This document shows, in pieces, positions 1 to 9,775 of a stretch of 33,485 nucleotides of DNA (position 1 is the first letter of the stretch; every line of letters begins with the position of its first letter). The stretch spans positions 1 through 33,485 of the IMG/VR virus record IMGVR_UViG_3300037483_001022; one strand, given 5' to 3'. This DNA is from a virus (lineage: Duplodnaviria; Caudoviricetes). Position numbers and translations under genes: made by a program. The notes under the pieces were generated by a model. The model saw only the letters and a program-made list of their open reading frames with translations. It was not told where the DNA came from and did not search any database.

Positions 1-2
1 AG

Positions 3-1178
3 TGGCCCGCCCTGATCGGCCGCTGGACATGGCCGGTCCGCGAGCGGCTGGGATTCCTCACGCAGATCCTCCAGAGCCACGACCGGACGGAGCAGCGGAT
101 CTCGCACCGGTGTGACGGATCGGGCAACGCGGTCCCGACTCAGAGTCTCGCCGTGCGGATAGCCGTCTGGGGCGAGGCCGATTGCGCCAGGATGGAGGCC
201 GTCCTGCACGGCTGGCTGAAGGACCCGTGGCACGTGCCCATCTGGCCGATGGCCCGGGTCCACACGGCGAATCTGCCGGCGGGCAGCGGCTCGATTACCG
301 TCGATACCCGCTACGCCGATTACCGGGCCGATGGCCTCGCGATGATCTGGCAGAGTTCCGGCTCCTATGAGGTCGTGACCGTGGCGAGCGTTGCCGACAA
401 TGCCCTGACCCTGGACGGGACCACGGTGAACGCCTACAGCGGGCACAAGTGGATCCTGCCCTGCCGCATCGGCCGGATTCTGAGCGCGGGCCAATGGCAG
501 CGGTACCACGGTGGGGCTTTGGTCGATCTGGAATGGCAGATCGAGGACGTCGCGGCCGTGACGGGCTACACGGCCGGGATGACCTACGACGGTATGACGG
601 TCCTGACCGATCCGGCGGACTGGCCCGGCGATCACGGTGAAGCGGTGCACGATCCCGATATTGCGGTCCTCGGCGGCGATACGGGCCCCTTCGAGATCAT
701 CTCGAACAGCGACTACAACGAAACCGCACAGTCGCACGTCTGGCACCCGCGGACGTTTCAGGCGTGTTGGGAACTGCGGCAATTCCTGCACGCCGTGCGG
801 GGCCGCCAGCGGGCGTTCCTGGTCCCGACGTTCCGCAGGGACATCACGCTATCCCGCCCGGCCGGTGCGGGCGATACGAGCCTCTACGTGGTCAATCGCG
901 GCTACACGAGCAATATGGGCACGAACGCGATGCGGACCTATCTCGCCTTCCGGCCGGCGGGCTCCGCAATCATCGTCAGAAAAGTCACTGCGGTCAGTGT
1001 GGTCAGCGGCTCCGAGGAGAAGATCGGCCTGAACGCCGCACCCGGCGCAGCCTTCGCGGCGGGCCGGCATCTCTGCTGGGTGGACCGATGCCGGCTGGCC
1101 GAGGACGTGATCGAGTGGACCTGGCACAAGCGGGGCATGGCGACGTGTGGAACGAATCTAATCAGAGTATCCGGCTGA
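3..1178 (+). CDS. Phage tail/virion structural protein, 5'-truncated by the window
   Basis: Frame +3 is open from base 3 (WPVRERLGFLTQILQSHDRTEQRISHR); C-terminal FLHAVRGRQRAFLVPT and CRLAEDVIEW motifs typical of the gene upstream of BR0599/Gp84-type tail genes. Confidence 0.75.
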   Translation, partial: WPALIGRWTWPVRERLGFLTQILQSHDRTEQRISHRCDGSGNAVPTQSLAVRIAVWGEADCARMEAVLHGWLKDPWHVPIWPMARVHTANLPAGSGSITVDTRYADYRADGLAMIWQSSGSYEVVTVASVADNALTLDGTTVNAYSGHKWILPCRIGRILSAGQWQRYHGGALVDLEWQIEDVAAVTGYTAGMTYDGMTVLTDPADWPGDHGEAVHDPDIAVLGGDTGPFEIISNSDYNETAQSHVWHPRTFQACWELRQFLHAVRGRQRAFLVPTFRRDITLSRPAGAGDTSLYVVNRGYTSNMGTNAMRTYLAFRPAGSAIIVRKVTAVSVVSGSEEKIGLNAAPGAAFAAGRHLCWVDRCRLAEDVIEWTWHKRGMATCGTNLIRVSG

Positions 1179-1200
1179 ATTGGACAGCCCAAGGTGATCT

Positions 1201-2733
1201 ATGGCGCTCGACGCGAACACGGTTTGGGAAATCAGGACGGACGGCAACGCGAACTATGGCGGCGGTTTTGCCTGGCTATCTTTGGTGAGCGCCACGTACA
1301 GATGGACCGCCTCCGGCAGCGGCACGAACGAATACTATTGCGAGGCGGCGGCGGGCGGCGATCCCTCGCTCACCGAGGCCAAATGCTGCTCGCTGAACGG
1401 GGCATTTACGCTCGCGACGAACGGGACGCTCGGCAGTTTGAACGCCAGCGAATGGGACTGGGGCGACAACGATTCCCTCGGGTACAACACGGTCTACGTG
1501 CGCTTGGCCGACGGCGCGGACCCGGACTCGAAAGAGCCCGGCTTCGTCCAGATGGGCAAGGGCGGCGGCTACGACTACTCCCAGCAGGCGGCGGCGCAAC
1601 TGACCCTGACCGATTTGGCCTGCGCAGCGGCCTCGACGACGCTGACCAGCGCCACGGGCGGATTCACAGCCCTGATGGTCTATAATGTGATCCATATCGT
1701 CTCGGGTACGAACGATATCCCTGGCTGGTATCAGATCACGGCCTATTCCGATACGAACACAGTGACTATCGACCGGACCTGCGCGACGGGCGGGGACATG
1801 TCGGCGGCGACGGGCAGCGTGGGTGGTGTGTGGGAGTTCGGTACGGCGGTGGATGATGATTTTTTCGAGGCGAAGGTCGCGGGGAACATCGTCTTCATCA
1901 AGAGCGGGACGCACGCAACGCTAGGTGAAACCATCGCTGCAAGTCCTGCCGGTACGGGGGCGTTGCTGATCCGGGTCATTGGCTACGACACAAGCCGTGC
2001 CGTTCGTCCCACGGGCGACAACCGGCCGCTAATCCAGTGCGGGGCGTATTATTTTCAGGCCAGTAGCGGCGGTTGGTGGACATTCGAGAATCTCCGGGGA
2101 ACAGGGACCTCCTCTTTTGTGTTTTATTTTGTGGGTGGTAACTGTCTTGCCTATAACTGCAAAGTGACCAATTCGAGCGGAGTGGCGAGCCGGGTTGCCT
2201 TCCAGGGCGGTAGCGGGACGACAAATTATTTCATCTGTTGTGAGGGCATTTCCACAAATGGCACGGCGTTCACTACCGGCGTCTTCGTACACTGCTACGC
2301 CCACGACAGCGTTACCACCTTCACGGGCGGAACGCTCATGCTCTTCTGTGTCTCAGACACCGGCTCGACCTATGGTGTCAGTCAGGCGAGCGGCCTGACG
2401 ATGAACAACACGTTCTACGGCAACGGGACCGGACTTTACATCAGCGCCACGACAACAATGTCCATCGTCATCAACAACATCTTCGACGGCAACACGACGG
2501 GGATCGATGCATCGGGGGCGAAGGGTTCGACCCTGCTGCTGTTCAACTCTTTCGACAACACGACGGATCTGGCGGCGAACGTGGCCGGGGCTATCCAGGA
2601 CGGCAATCAGACGGGCGATCCGGGCCTCAATAATCCGGCGGCCGGGGACTTCTCGATTACCAGTGGTGATGCCGAGGTCTATCAGACCGCCCTGGATGTC
2701 CAGGTCTACACGGGGGCCATCGTTCGATCATGA
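1201..2733 (+). CDS. Virion protein with right-handed parallel beta-helix (tail spike/depolymerase-like)
   Basis: G/T/N-rich; C-terminal repeats such as NNTFYGNGTGLYI, INNIFDGNTTGI and GDPGLNNPAAGDFS; position in tail module. Confidence 0.65.
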   Translation: MALDANTVWEIRTDGNANYGGGFAWLSLVSATYRWTASGSGTNEYYCEAAAGGDPSLTEAKCCSLNGAFTLATNGTLGSLNASEWDWGDNDSLGYNTVYVRLADGADPDSKEPGFVQMGKGGGYDYSQQAAAQLTLTDLACAAASTTLTSATGGFTALMVYNVIHIVSGTNDIPGWYQITAYSDTNTVTIDRTCATGGDMSAATGSVGGVWEFGTAVDDDFFEAKVAGNIVFIKSGTHATLGETIAASPAGTGALLIRVIGYDTSRAVRPTGDNRPLIQCGAYYFQASSGGWWTFENLRGTGTSSFVFYFVGGNCLAYNCKVTNSSGVASRVAFQGGSGTTNYFICCEGISTNGTAFTTGVFVHCYAHDSVTTFTGGTLMLFCVSDTGSTYGVSQASGLTMNNTFYGNGTGLYISATTTMSIVINNIFDGNTTGIDASGAKGSTLLLFNSFDNTTDLAANVAGAIQDGNQTGDPGLNNPAAGDFSITSGDAEVYQTALDVQVYTGAIVRS

Positions 2734-4079
2734 GACTGTGCATCGGCGTATCGCAGACCGGCAGATTGAGCATCGGCGTATCCCAGGCCGCCGCGGCGGG
2801 CGGTTCGACCCCGTCATCGTCCCCTTCGGTGAGTCCATCCCAATCGATTTCCGCGAGTCCCTCGGAAGGGACGCCATCGACCAGCCCGAGCCAGTCGCAG
2901 AGCAGTTCGATCTCGGCGTCCCCATCGGTTAGCCCATCCCAGTCGGCTTCTGCAAGCCCCTCGGAGGGCACGCCGTCAACGAGTCCGAGCCAGTCCGAGA
3001 GTACGAGTATTTCGGCCTCGCCGAGCACATCCCAATCATCATCGCCGTCGGTCTCGCCGAGCAGTTCGATCTCAGCATCGCCTTCGACGAGCCCATCCCA
3101 GTCGGTCTCCGCCAGCCCCTCGGAGGGCACGCCGTCGGCGAGTGAGAGCGGGTCCCCATCGGCCTCCGCCTCCGAGGGTACGCCGTCGGTGAGCGCCAGC
3201 GAAACGCCGTCGACCTCGGTCTCGGCTTCCCCATCCGAGGGCACCCCTTCGGCCTCGGCCTCCGGCTATGACGAGAGCGAGGAGAGCCTGGACAATGCAG
3301 CACCCTACGAGCTGCACGAGTTCCGATTGGGAGCGACGAGCACGTACTGGCGGTACGCCGATGCCCCGGTGGACATCACCTACGATGGTCACACCTTCTT
3401 CGCGGCGTACGTGCAGGGCGGGCGGATCGAGCAGGGGACCACGGCCCTGAAGTCCAGGACGATAGTCCAGTGCGACTGGTCGAACCCCTTCGCGTGGCAG
3501 TACACGAGCTACGGTGTGGAGGAGCCGATCCATTACACCCGCTACAAGGGCCACGGGGCCGATGTGCAGGCGATCTTCATGGGCGATGTCGTGGACGTCG
3601 TCTTCAAACAGTCGGACCGCAAGGGCAAGCGCTGGGCGGAGATAGCGATTGACCCGCTGACGGCGGTGATGCGGCGGTCCGGCCTGGTCCGGCGGTACAG
3701 CCGCCAGTGTGACGCAGTGGTCTACGATGAGGTCTGCGGCGTGGCCCGCGAGACGTTCAAGGTCCAGGGCACGCTCGACAGCGTGACGGGCAACCTCTTG
3801 ACGAGCACCACGTTCGCGACTCAGGCCGACGGCTGGTGGGCCGGGGGGGATATCGTGGTCAACGGCCAGCGCCGGGTGATCCTGGCTCACAGTACGGACA
3901 CGATCCGGATATGGCCTGCGGCCTCCGGCCTGGCGGCGGGGCAGACGTTCGACGTGTACCCCGGCTGCGACCATCTGACGGCGACGTGCGACGGGAAGTT
4001 CTCGAACCTCGCGAACTATCCCGGCCAGCCGAACATTCCGGACACCAACCCGATGGACTATGGCGTAGTGACATCCTGA
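2730..4079 (+). CDS. BR0599/phiJL001 Gp84-like tail-tip protein with N-terminal Ser/Pro-rich extension
   Basis: C-terminal PGCDHLTATCDGKFSNLANYPGQPNIP and central CDAVVYDEVCGV Cys motifs; ATGA overlap with the upstream stop. Confidence 0.85.
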   Translation: MRLCIGVSQTGRLSIGVSQAAAAGGSTPSSSPSVSPSQSISASPSEGTPSTSPSQSQSSSISASPSVSPSQSASASPSEGTPSTSPSQSESTSISASPSTSQSSSPSVSPSSSISASPSTSPSQSVSASPSEGTPSASESGSPSASASEGTPSVSASETPSTSVSASPSEGTPSASASGYDESEESLDNAAPYELHEFRLGATSTYWRYADAPVDITYDGHTFFAAYVQGGRIEQGTTALKSRTIVQCDWSNPFAWQYTSYGVEEPIHYTRYKGHGADVQAIFMGDVVDVVFKQSDRKGKRWAEIAIDPLTAVMRRSGLVRRYSRQCDAVVYDEVCGVARETFKVQGTLDSVTGNLLTSTTFATQADGWWAGGDIVVNGQRRVILAHSTDTIRIWPAASGLAAGQTFDVYPGCDHLTATCDGKFSNLANYPGQPNIPDTNPMDYGVVTS

Positions 4080-4089
4080 ACGGGGAATC

Positions 4090-5874
4090 ATGGGCATTGC
4101 GGAACTGATTTGGTTCATTGTCAAGATGGTGATCACCATGGCGATCTCCGCGGGGATCGCCTATGCCATCGCCCACAACAAAAAAGGCCCCAAGCAAAGG
4201 CCGGTCGGGACGGATGAATTCCAGTTCCCCACGGCGCAGGAGGTTCGCGTCCCGCCCCTGGTAAGCGGCACCCGGGAGGTGTTCGGTCCCAACGCCCTGT
4301 CCGGGATCTTCGATCGCGTGACGTTCGTTCGGAGGCGGTATGACGAGAAGGTGAAGTTCTATTGGTACGCGATGGGCCTGCACTGGGGGATCTGCAACGC
4401 CGATGTGGATGGGATCGTCCGGATCGATTTCAACAGGCTGACCGCATGGCCGACGGCGAAGGACCCAACGGATTTCGCCGCCGACGGTGTCACGTCGATC
4501 TCGATCACGAGCAATGCGGCGGGGAGCCTGTTCGGTGGCTACTACAAGGAGGGCGGCATTCGGGGCGCGATCCGCGTCCAGTACGGGGGGGCGGCCCAGA
4601 CCTTGGACAGCTACCTGTCCGCGAACCTCGGCGCCACGCAGCCGGCGTACAAGCAGTTCACCGGCGTGATCTGGGAGCGGCTGTTCGTCACGAGCACGTC
4701 CCAGATCCCGGCCATGAGCTGCATGGTCCGGCGGCGGAACAAGCACCCGGACGGCACCGCGATGTGGTACGCCGCGAAAGCCCAGATCACGCTCGACGGC
4801 GACTCCGACCTGGTCCACCTCAACGCCATACACTTTCTCTACGAGCGGCTGGTCTGCCCGCTCTACGGCCTGGGCAAGTCATCGACCGACCTGGGGTCAA
4901 GCTGGTCCGGTGCCGCGGACACCTGCTATACGGACGGCTATGGGATCTCGAACGTCTGGGACTCCGCCCCGGACGATATCGAGAGCATCGTACAGCGGGT
5001 CGAGGGGATCATCGAGGGCAAGGTCTACCAGGACCCGACGACGGGCAAGTTCGAGATCGGCCTGATCCGCAATGACTACGACGCCGGGACGCTGGAGCAG
5101 TTCGATGAGGGCGACTTTTGGGTCGAGGCGATGGCCTCGGGCTCGCCCGGCGGGTTGCCGACGCAGACGATGGTGGAATGGTTCGACCGGGCGACGCGGC
5201 AGGCCCGCCCGGCGTACAGTGACGACTTGGCGATCCAGACCCGCCAGGGCGGCGCCAGGATCATCAACGAGATCGATTACTCCGCGTTCGTCTGTTCCCC
5301 CGCGCTGGCGGCCCTGATCGCCAATCGCGAGCAGCAGCAGATCGTCGCGATGCCCAAGCGGCTGACGCTGCGGGCCTTGCGGACGATGGCGCACCTGCAC
5401 GAGACGAGCGTGGTCAAGATCAGTTACGCAGCCCTGGGGATCGTCTCGATGATCGTGCGGGTCATCACGATCGACCGGGGCAGTCTGACCGAGGGCGAGT
5501 GCGTGATCGAGGTGATGGAGGATGTCTACGGCCAGGTGTACACGATGTACGGGTCCCCGCCGGCGACCGGAATGGGGACCGAGACCGAGACGCCCTCCGA
5601 TTGGCCGGTGGATGAAGGCGTCTTGGAGGCCGCTGGGAGTGTGACCTCCATCGAGACCGGGCCCTACGGCTCATCGAGTCCGTCGGCGTCGATTTCAGTA
5701 TCGCCTTCCGCCTCCGCGTCGGAGGGCACGCCCTCGGCGTCGGTTTCGCAGTCGCCGAGTCAAAGTCCGTCCCAATCCATCAGTTCGAGTCCCTCGGCCT
5801 CGCCGAGTTCGAGTCCGTCCCAATCCGGCAGTTCGAGTCCATCAACCTCGCCGAGCGCGAGTGCCTCGGCATAG
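4090..5874 (+). CDS. Phage central tail/tip attachment protein (Phage-tail_3-like) with C-terminal Ser/Pro tail
   Basis: Hydrophobic N-terminus, FQFPTAQE...VPPLVSGT, HLNAIHFLYE, YQDPTTGKFEIGLIRNDYD; follows the Gp84-like gene. Confidence 0.8.
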   Translation: MGIAELIWFIVKMVITMAISAGIAYAIAHNKKGPKQRPVGTDEFQFPTAQEVRVPPLVSGTREVFGPNALSGIFDRVTFVRRRYDEKVKFYWYAMGLHWGICNADVDGIVRIDFNRLTAWPTAKDPTDFAADGVTSISITSNAAGSLFGGYYKEGGIRGAIRVQYGGAAQTLDSYLSANLGATQPAYKQFTGVIWERLFVTSTSQIPAMSCMVRRRNKHPDGTAMWYAAKAQITLDGDSDLVHLNAIHFLYERLVCPLYGLGKSSTDLGSSWSGAADTCYTDGYGISNVWDSAPDDIESIVQRVEGIIEGKVYQDPTTGKFEIGLIRNDYDAGTLEQFDEGDFWVEAMASGSPGGLPTQTMVEWFDRATRQARPAYSDDLAIQTRQGGARIINEIDYSAFVCSPALAALIANREQQQIVAMPKRLTLRALRTMAHLHETSVVKISYAALGIVSMIVRVITIDRGSLTEGECVIEVMEDVYGQVYTMYGSPPATGMGTETETPSDWPVDEGVLEAAGSVTSIETGPYGSSSPSASISVSPSASASEGTPSASVSQSPSQSPSQSISSSPSASPSSSPSQSGSSSPSTSPSASASA

Positions 5875-5883
5875 GAGATCGCC

Positions 5884-6729
5884 ATGCCCATTCTGCACAC
5901 CGAAGGCCGCCAGTTCATCCTGGACGTTGCGATCCGGCAGGCGCAGGCCGTCCCGGCGGCGTACTACCTCGGCTGGTGTACGGATACCGATCTCGATGAG
6001 AACGCATCGCTAACCGATCTGACGGAGCTGTCGGGCAATGGCTACGGCCGCATCGCGATCAACTCGGACAACGTGGATTGGACTAGTGCGGCCGTGGGCA
6101 CGAACGCATGGAAGGTCACCTCGAAGACCTGCACATTCACCGCCAGCGGCGGCAACTGGTCGGCATCGCCCCGGTGGTTCCTGGCGACGACGGCAGACGA
6201 TAGCGGCAAGCTGATCGCCTCGGGACCGCTGAATTCCGGATCGCCCGTAACGCTTCTGGACCATACGGATTACGATGTCGCCGTGGTGATCACGCTGACG
6301 GTGACGAGCGGCTGGGTGCAGGAGGGTCTTCAGTACATGCTCGAGGTTGCGTTCACGGAGACGCAGAGCGTCCCGGCCAATTTCTACCGCGGCTTGGCGG
6401 CGGATACGAGCCTGGCGTCCGACGCCACGCTGGCATCGATTGCCGGGGAGCTATCGGGCAACGGCTACGCCCGGGGTGCCCTGGTCAGCGGCGCCGCCGA
6501 TTGGACGGGCGAGGGGGCGGGCGACGGCGATTACCAGCTCGTCAGCGAGCCGAGCGAGTTCCTCGCCGATGGTGCCGCGTGGGCCAAGGCGATGATCGAG
6601 TTTCTCACGACCTCGGCCGATGGCAGCGGTGTGCTGCTCGGCTGGCGGGCCATCAATAGCGGCAGCGGCTACGCCCTGCCGGATACCGAGCGGTACGACG
6701 TCGAGACGTCTTTGCTCTTGACGGGATAG
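5884..6729 (+). CDS. Tail-associated protein made of two tandem ~140-aa domains
   Basis: GGAG RBS; duplicated ELSGNGYGRIA / ELSGNGYARGA and FLATTADDSGKLI / FLTTSADGSGVLL. Confidence 0.7.
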   Translation: MPILHTEGRQFILDVAIRQAQAVPAAYYLGWCTDTDLDENASLTDLTELSGNGYGRIAINSDNVDWTSAAVGTNAWKVTSKTCTFTASGGNWSASPRWFLATTADDSGKLIASGPLNSGSPVTLLDHTDYDVAVVITLTVTSGWVQEGLQYMLEVAFTETQSVPANFYRGLAADTSLASDATLASIAGELSGNGYARGALVSGAADWTGEGAGDGDYQLVSEPSEFLADGAAWAKAMIEFLTTSADGSGVLLGWRAINSGSGYALPDTERYDVETSLLLTG

Positions 6730-6749
6730 CAGTCGCGTCCTCCGTTCCT

Positions 6750-6777
6750 GGGGCGGCGGGGCCTTCCCCGCCGCCCC
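6750..6777. terminator. 12-bp GC hairpin at the end of the tail operon
   Basis: GGGGCGGCGGGG-CCTT-CCCCGCCGCCCC; no clear U-tract. Confidence 0.45.
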
Positions 6778-6800
6778 CTCTGCGAAGAAAGAAGGTCAAT

Positions 6801-7769
6801 ATGGAATTGAAGATCACGCCGGACATCCTCGAACAGCGGCAGCGGATGCCGCTGGACCTCAAGATCGATTTCACACTGTCCCGAGTCAAGCACTGGATGG
6901 ACAAGTATCTTGGCAACGTGTACGTGGCGTTCAGCGGGGGCAAGGACTCGACGGTCTTGCTACACCTGGTTCGCAGCCTTTATCCGGAGGTCCCGGCCGT
7001 CTTCGTGGACACCGGATTAGAGTATCCCGAGATCCGGGAGTTCATCAAGGCGACGCCGAACGTCACCTGGCTGAAGCCCGCGCAGACCTTCCGGCAGGTG
7101 ATCGACCATTTGGGGTATCCCGTAGTCAGCAAAGTGGTCAGCCGTGCGGCTTCGCGAATCCGTTCGCCGGGCAGTTCCGAGCAGTCCCGGCACAAGGCGA
7201 TGTATGGGGATGAGCGGGGTTCCTACGGGAAATTGCCGGTCCGTTGGCGGTGTCTGCTCGACGCCCCGTTCAAAGTCTCCGACCGCTGCTGTGAGGTGAT
7301 GAAAATCCGCCCGAGCCGGAAGTACCACAGGGACACCGGCCGGGCGGGGATCGTGGGCACGATGGCTGCCGACAGCAACTCTCGCTGCATGCAATACCTG
7401 GCGCACGGCTGTTACATGGATCACCTGAGCGTTCCGCGGTGCACGCCGATGGCGTTCTGGACGGATGCGGATATCTGGGAGTACCTGCGGAGCCATGGTG
7501 TGCCGTACTGCTCGATCTACGACACGGGGGTTCGTCACACGGGATGCATGTTCTGCATGTTCGGGGCCGCCCAGGAGCCGTCGCCGAATCGGTTCGAGTT
7601 GATGGCAAAAACACACCCCAGCCTGCACGCGTATTGCATGGACAAGCTGGGGTTGCGGGATGTGCTCAATTACCTATCGATCCCAACGGGATGCGAGCCG
7701 CCCACTGGGCCGCGGTCAGTCGCATCCGCCGAGCCAGATATGCCTCTCCTCGCGTCGGTTTCTTCGTGA
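6801..7769 (+). CDS. Phosphoadenosine phosphosulfate (PAPS) reductase-family protein, phage type
   Basis: PP-loop VAFSGGKDST, FVDTGLEYPE, CC motif RCCEVMK, TGCMFC. Confidence 0.9.
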   Translation: MELKITPDILEQRQRMPLDLKIDFTLSRVKHWMDKYLGNVYVAFSGGKDSTVLLHLVRSLYPEVPAVFVDTGLEYPEIREFIKATPNVTWLKPAQTFRQVIDHLGYPVVSKVVSRAASRIRSPGSSEQSRHKAMYGDERGSYGKLPVRWRCLLDAPFKVSDRCCEVMKIRPSRKYHRDTGRAGIVGTMAADSNSRCMQYLAHGCYMDHLSVPRCTPMAFWTDADIWEYLRSHGVPYCSIYDTGVRHTGCMFCMFGAAQEPSPNRFELMAKTHPSLHAYCMDKLGLRDVLNYLSIPTGCEPPTGPRSVASAEPDMPLLASVSS

Positions 7770-8013
7770 CATCCTTGGCATCGATCTCCACCACGACGCG
7801 GCCGGCGGACCGGCGGGTCCGATGCTTCCACGCCGAGACCGACTCGATCGACGGGTAGGCGTGGAACGCAGTCCAGTAGTACGGATTCGATCCTTCCTTG
7901 GCCCACACGACCTCAGCACAGATCCAGACGTCCATCAGCACGTTACGGGAACCGCCGAGGCGGTGGTAGAGGAATTGGGGTTGTCCCTCGACCTCTTCGA
8001 AGACTTTCCACAT
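7666..8013 (-). CDS. Hypothetical protein
   Basis: ATG at 8013 with GGGAG RBS, 2 nt after the upstream stop; protein-like composition. Confidence 0.55.
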   Translation of the reverse strand: MWKVFEEVEGQPQFLYHRLGGSRNVLMDVWICAEVVWAKEGSNPYYWTAFHAYPSIESVSAWKHRTRRSAGRVVVEIDAKDVTKKPTRGEAYLARRMRLTAAQWAARIPLGSIGN

Positions 8014-8015
8014 TG

Positions 8016-8351
8016 TCACGTCTCCCTGACCAATTCGCCGGTATCGACTGGCGGCAGCCCCAGGGCCGCCACGCACACTTCGGGATCATCCGTCTCGATC
8101 CATGCTCCTGCGCGGCCGTGGAGGAACCGCAGCATGTATCCATCGACAACCTCACCGGATGAGTCCAGCAGGACGCCGATGCCGTAATGGCTGGCGGGAT
8201 GGTGCGTCACGTAGCGCAGCCGCAGCCGGTAGACCGAGCGGCTGTGAACGATGCTGTTGGGTTGCGGCAAGGAACACTCATCGAGCGGTTTGGGCTGATA
8301 GTCGGCGTCCACCGCGATGGCGGGTCGTGGTATACAGAGAGCGGCTTTCAT
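8016..8351 (-). CDS. Hypothetical protein
   Basis: GAGGAG RBS; in leftward operon. Confidence 0.6.
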   Translation of the reverse strand: MKAALCIPRPAIAVDADYQPKPLDECSLPQPNSIVHSRSVYRLRLRYVTHHPASHYGIGVLLDSSGEVVDGYMLRFLHGRAGAWIETDDPEVCVAALGLPPVDTGELVRET

Positions 8352-8364
8352 GTTTTTTTTCTCC

Positions 8365-8658
8365 TCAATCCCTCACCCGGGACCATCCGCGAGTGACCGG
8401 GGTGAATTGTTGCTGGTGAATCACGCGGTAGTCGCCCGGCTCCAGGACCATCTCATGATGCTCCTCGTGAGTGATCGTTCCGCCGACGGGCAGACTGAGC
8501 CGGTCCTCCCGGAATCGGCCGGGTGCGGTGATGACGTGGGCATGTCCCGTAACCTCACCCTCCGCCAGGACCATCCGCCGGACTCGTTTCGGTGTGTTTT
8601 CAGGGCAGTCGCCCACCCGCACCAACAACACATCACCGTGTCTGTACATCGCACTCAT
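8365..8658 (-). CDS. Conserved His-rich small protein (usual partner of DUF6745 genes)
   Basis: YRHGDV, LAEGEVTGHAH, HEEH, EPGDYRV motifs; GGAG RBS. Confidence 0.8.
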   Translation of the reverse strand: MSAMYRHGDVLLVRVGDCPENTPKRVRRMVLAEGEVTGHAHVITAPGRFREDRLSLPVGGTITHEEHHEMVLEPGDYRVIHQQQFTPVTRGWSRVRD

Positions 8659-8758
8659 CGCAATCTCCAATCTGGCGTTTTTACGGCCCTGCCACCGGGC
8701 CTGTCGGCACAATCGCCGGGATGCCGGCCATCGCATGGCCGGTCACCCGGATATGGTG

Positions 8759-9775
8759 TCACGTCTGGCGGGCGGGATCATACTCCGTTGGGGTCAGGCC
8801 GAACGTTGCCGCGACAGCCTCGCGGGCGGTCCGGCAGGCGGGAGGCACCTGGAGCCAGTACACCCGTCCGGTAGATGGGCAGACCACCCGGACAAACACG
8901 CCAAGGGTTTCGCGTCGCGGCTGGCTATGAGGCGGATTGGGGATCTCGGTGTACAGACGGCACAGCCGGCCGAAATCATCCCGTTGGAGCTCCTGGTCAT
9001 CGAATAGGTTGGTCAGATCCTCGCCGCAGGCAGTGATGATCGCGCTGCGCCGCTCGGCGTTGCGCTCGGCGGCGAACAGTGCCCGATCCGCCTCCGCGCC
9101 CTGGGGGTGATAGATCACGGAGAGCGAGTGGCCGCGCCTCCGCCGGTAGGTCCACGGGCCGACGCGGATCTCTCTGCGATCAGCGGATATAGCAGGCACA
9201 GTATGCCGCAGGAGGGTGATCGTGAGCACATCGTATTTGCGGCTCGGCCAGGTTGGCCCTCGCCTCCGCTGCTCTACTGGCCACTCCACCTCCCGATGGT
9301 ACGTCGCGCCGATCTCGGTGGGAGCATCCGTCCAGCGGATAGCCACGGTCTGACACCACGCCGTGGGGATCATCGCCCGGACGATGTGGGCATGGCGGCG
9401 ATCCAGGTTCCTGCGGCGGTTCAGGCGCCGGCTCTCCACATTGGCCAGCTCATCGCGGCCGTGCAGACTGGGGGTGGCGTGCCGTGTGGGCACCAATAGT
9501 TTATCCGCGATACCAGAGAGGATTGCCCGCCCGGCATCGGCCGACAGGCCGAGGCGGCGGTAATCAGCGATGGCCCGGACATCAGCAGCAGGCATCCTAT
9601 CAAGGAGCCGCGACCATACTATCGAGCCGCATTGCTCGCGGTACTGTTTGGCTGGGAGCGAGTCGGCCGTGAGAGTTTTGTTGATCAGCCGGGCCATGCG
9701 GGCGAGGAACTGGCTGACGGTGAGGCCCATTGGGGCAAGTTGTACGTGGATCGGGGTGATCGGTGTTGATTGCAT
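8759..9775 (-). CDS. Protein with C-terminal DUF6745-like domain
   Basis: VRVVCPSTGRVYWLQVPP...AREAVAATFGL...EYDP; AGGAAGGA RBS before ATG 9775. Confidence 0.75.
   Translation of the reverse strand: MQSTPITPIHVQLAPMGLTVSQFLARMARLINKTLTADSLPAKQYREQCGSIVWSRLLDRMPAADVRAIADYRRLGLSADAGRAILSGIADKLLVPTRHATPSLHGRDELANVESRRLNRRRNLDRRHAHIVRAMIPTAWCQTVAIRWTDAPTEIGATYHREVEWPVEQRRRGPTWPSRKYDVLTITLLRHTVPAISADRREIRVGPWTYRRRRGHSLSVIYHPQGAEADRALFAAERNAERRSAIITACGEDLTNLFDDQELQRDDFGRLCRLYTEIPNPPHSQPRRETLGVFVRVVCPSTGRVYWLQVPPACRTAREAVAATFGLTPTEYDPARQT

Noticed and set aside
2657-3244. Acidic repeat ORF on the minus strand (GLVDGVPSEG)
   Set aside because: Antisense shadow of the Ser/Pro repeat; the plus-strand frame is continuous with a recognisable tail domain
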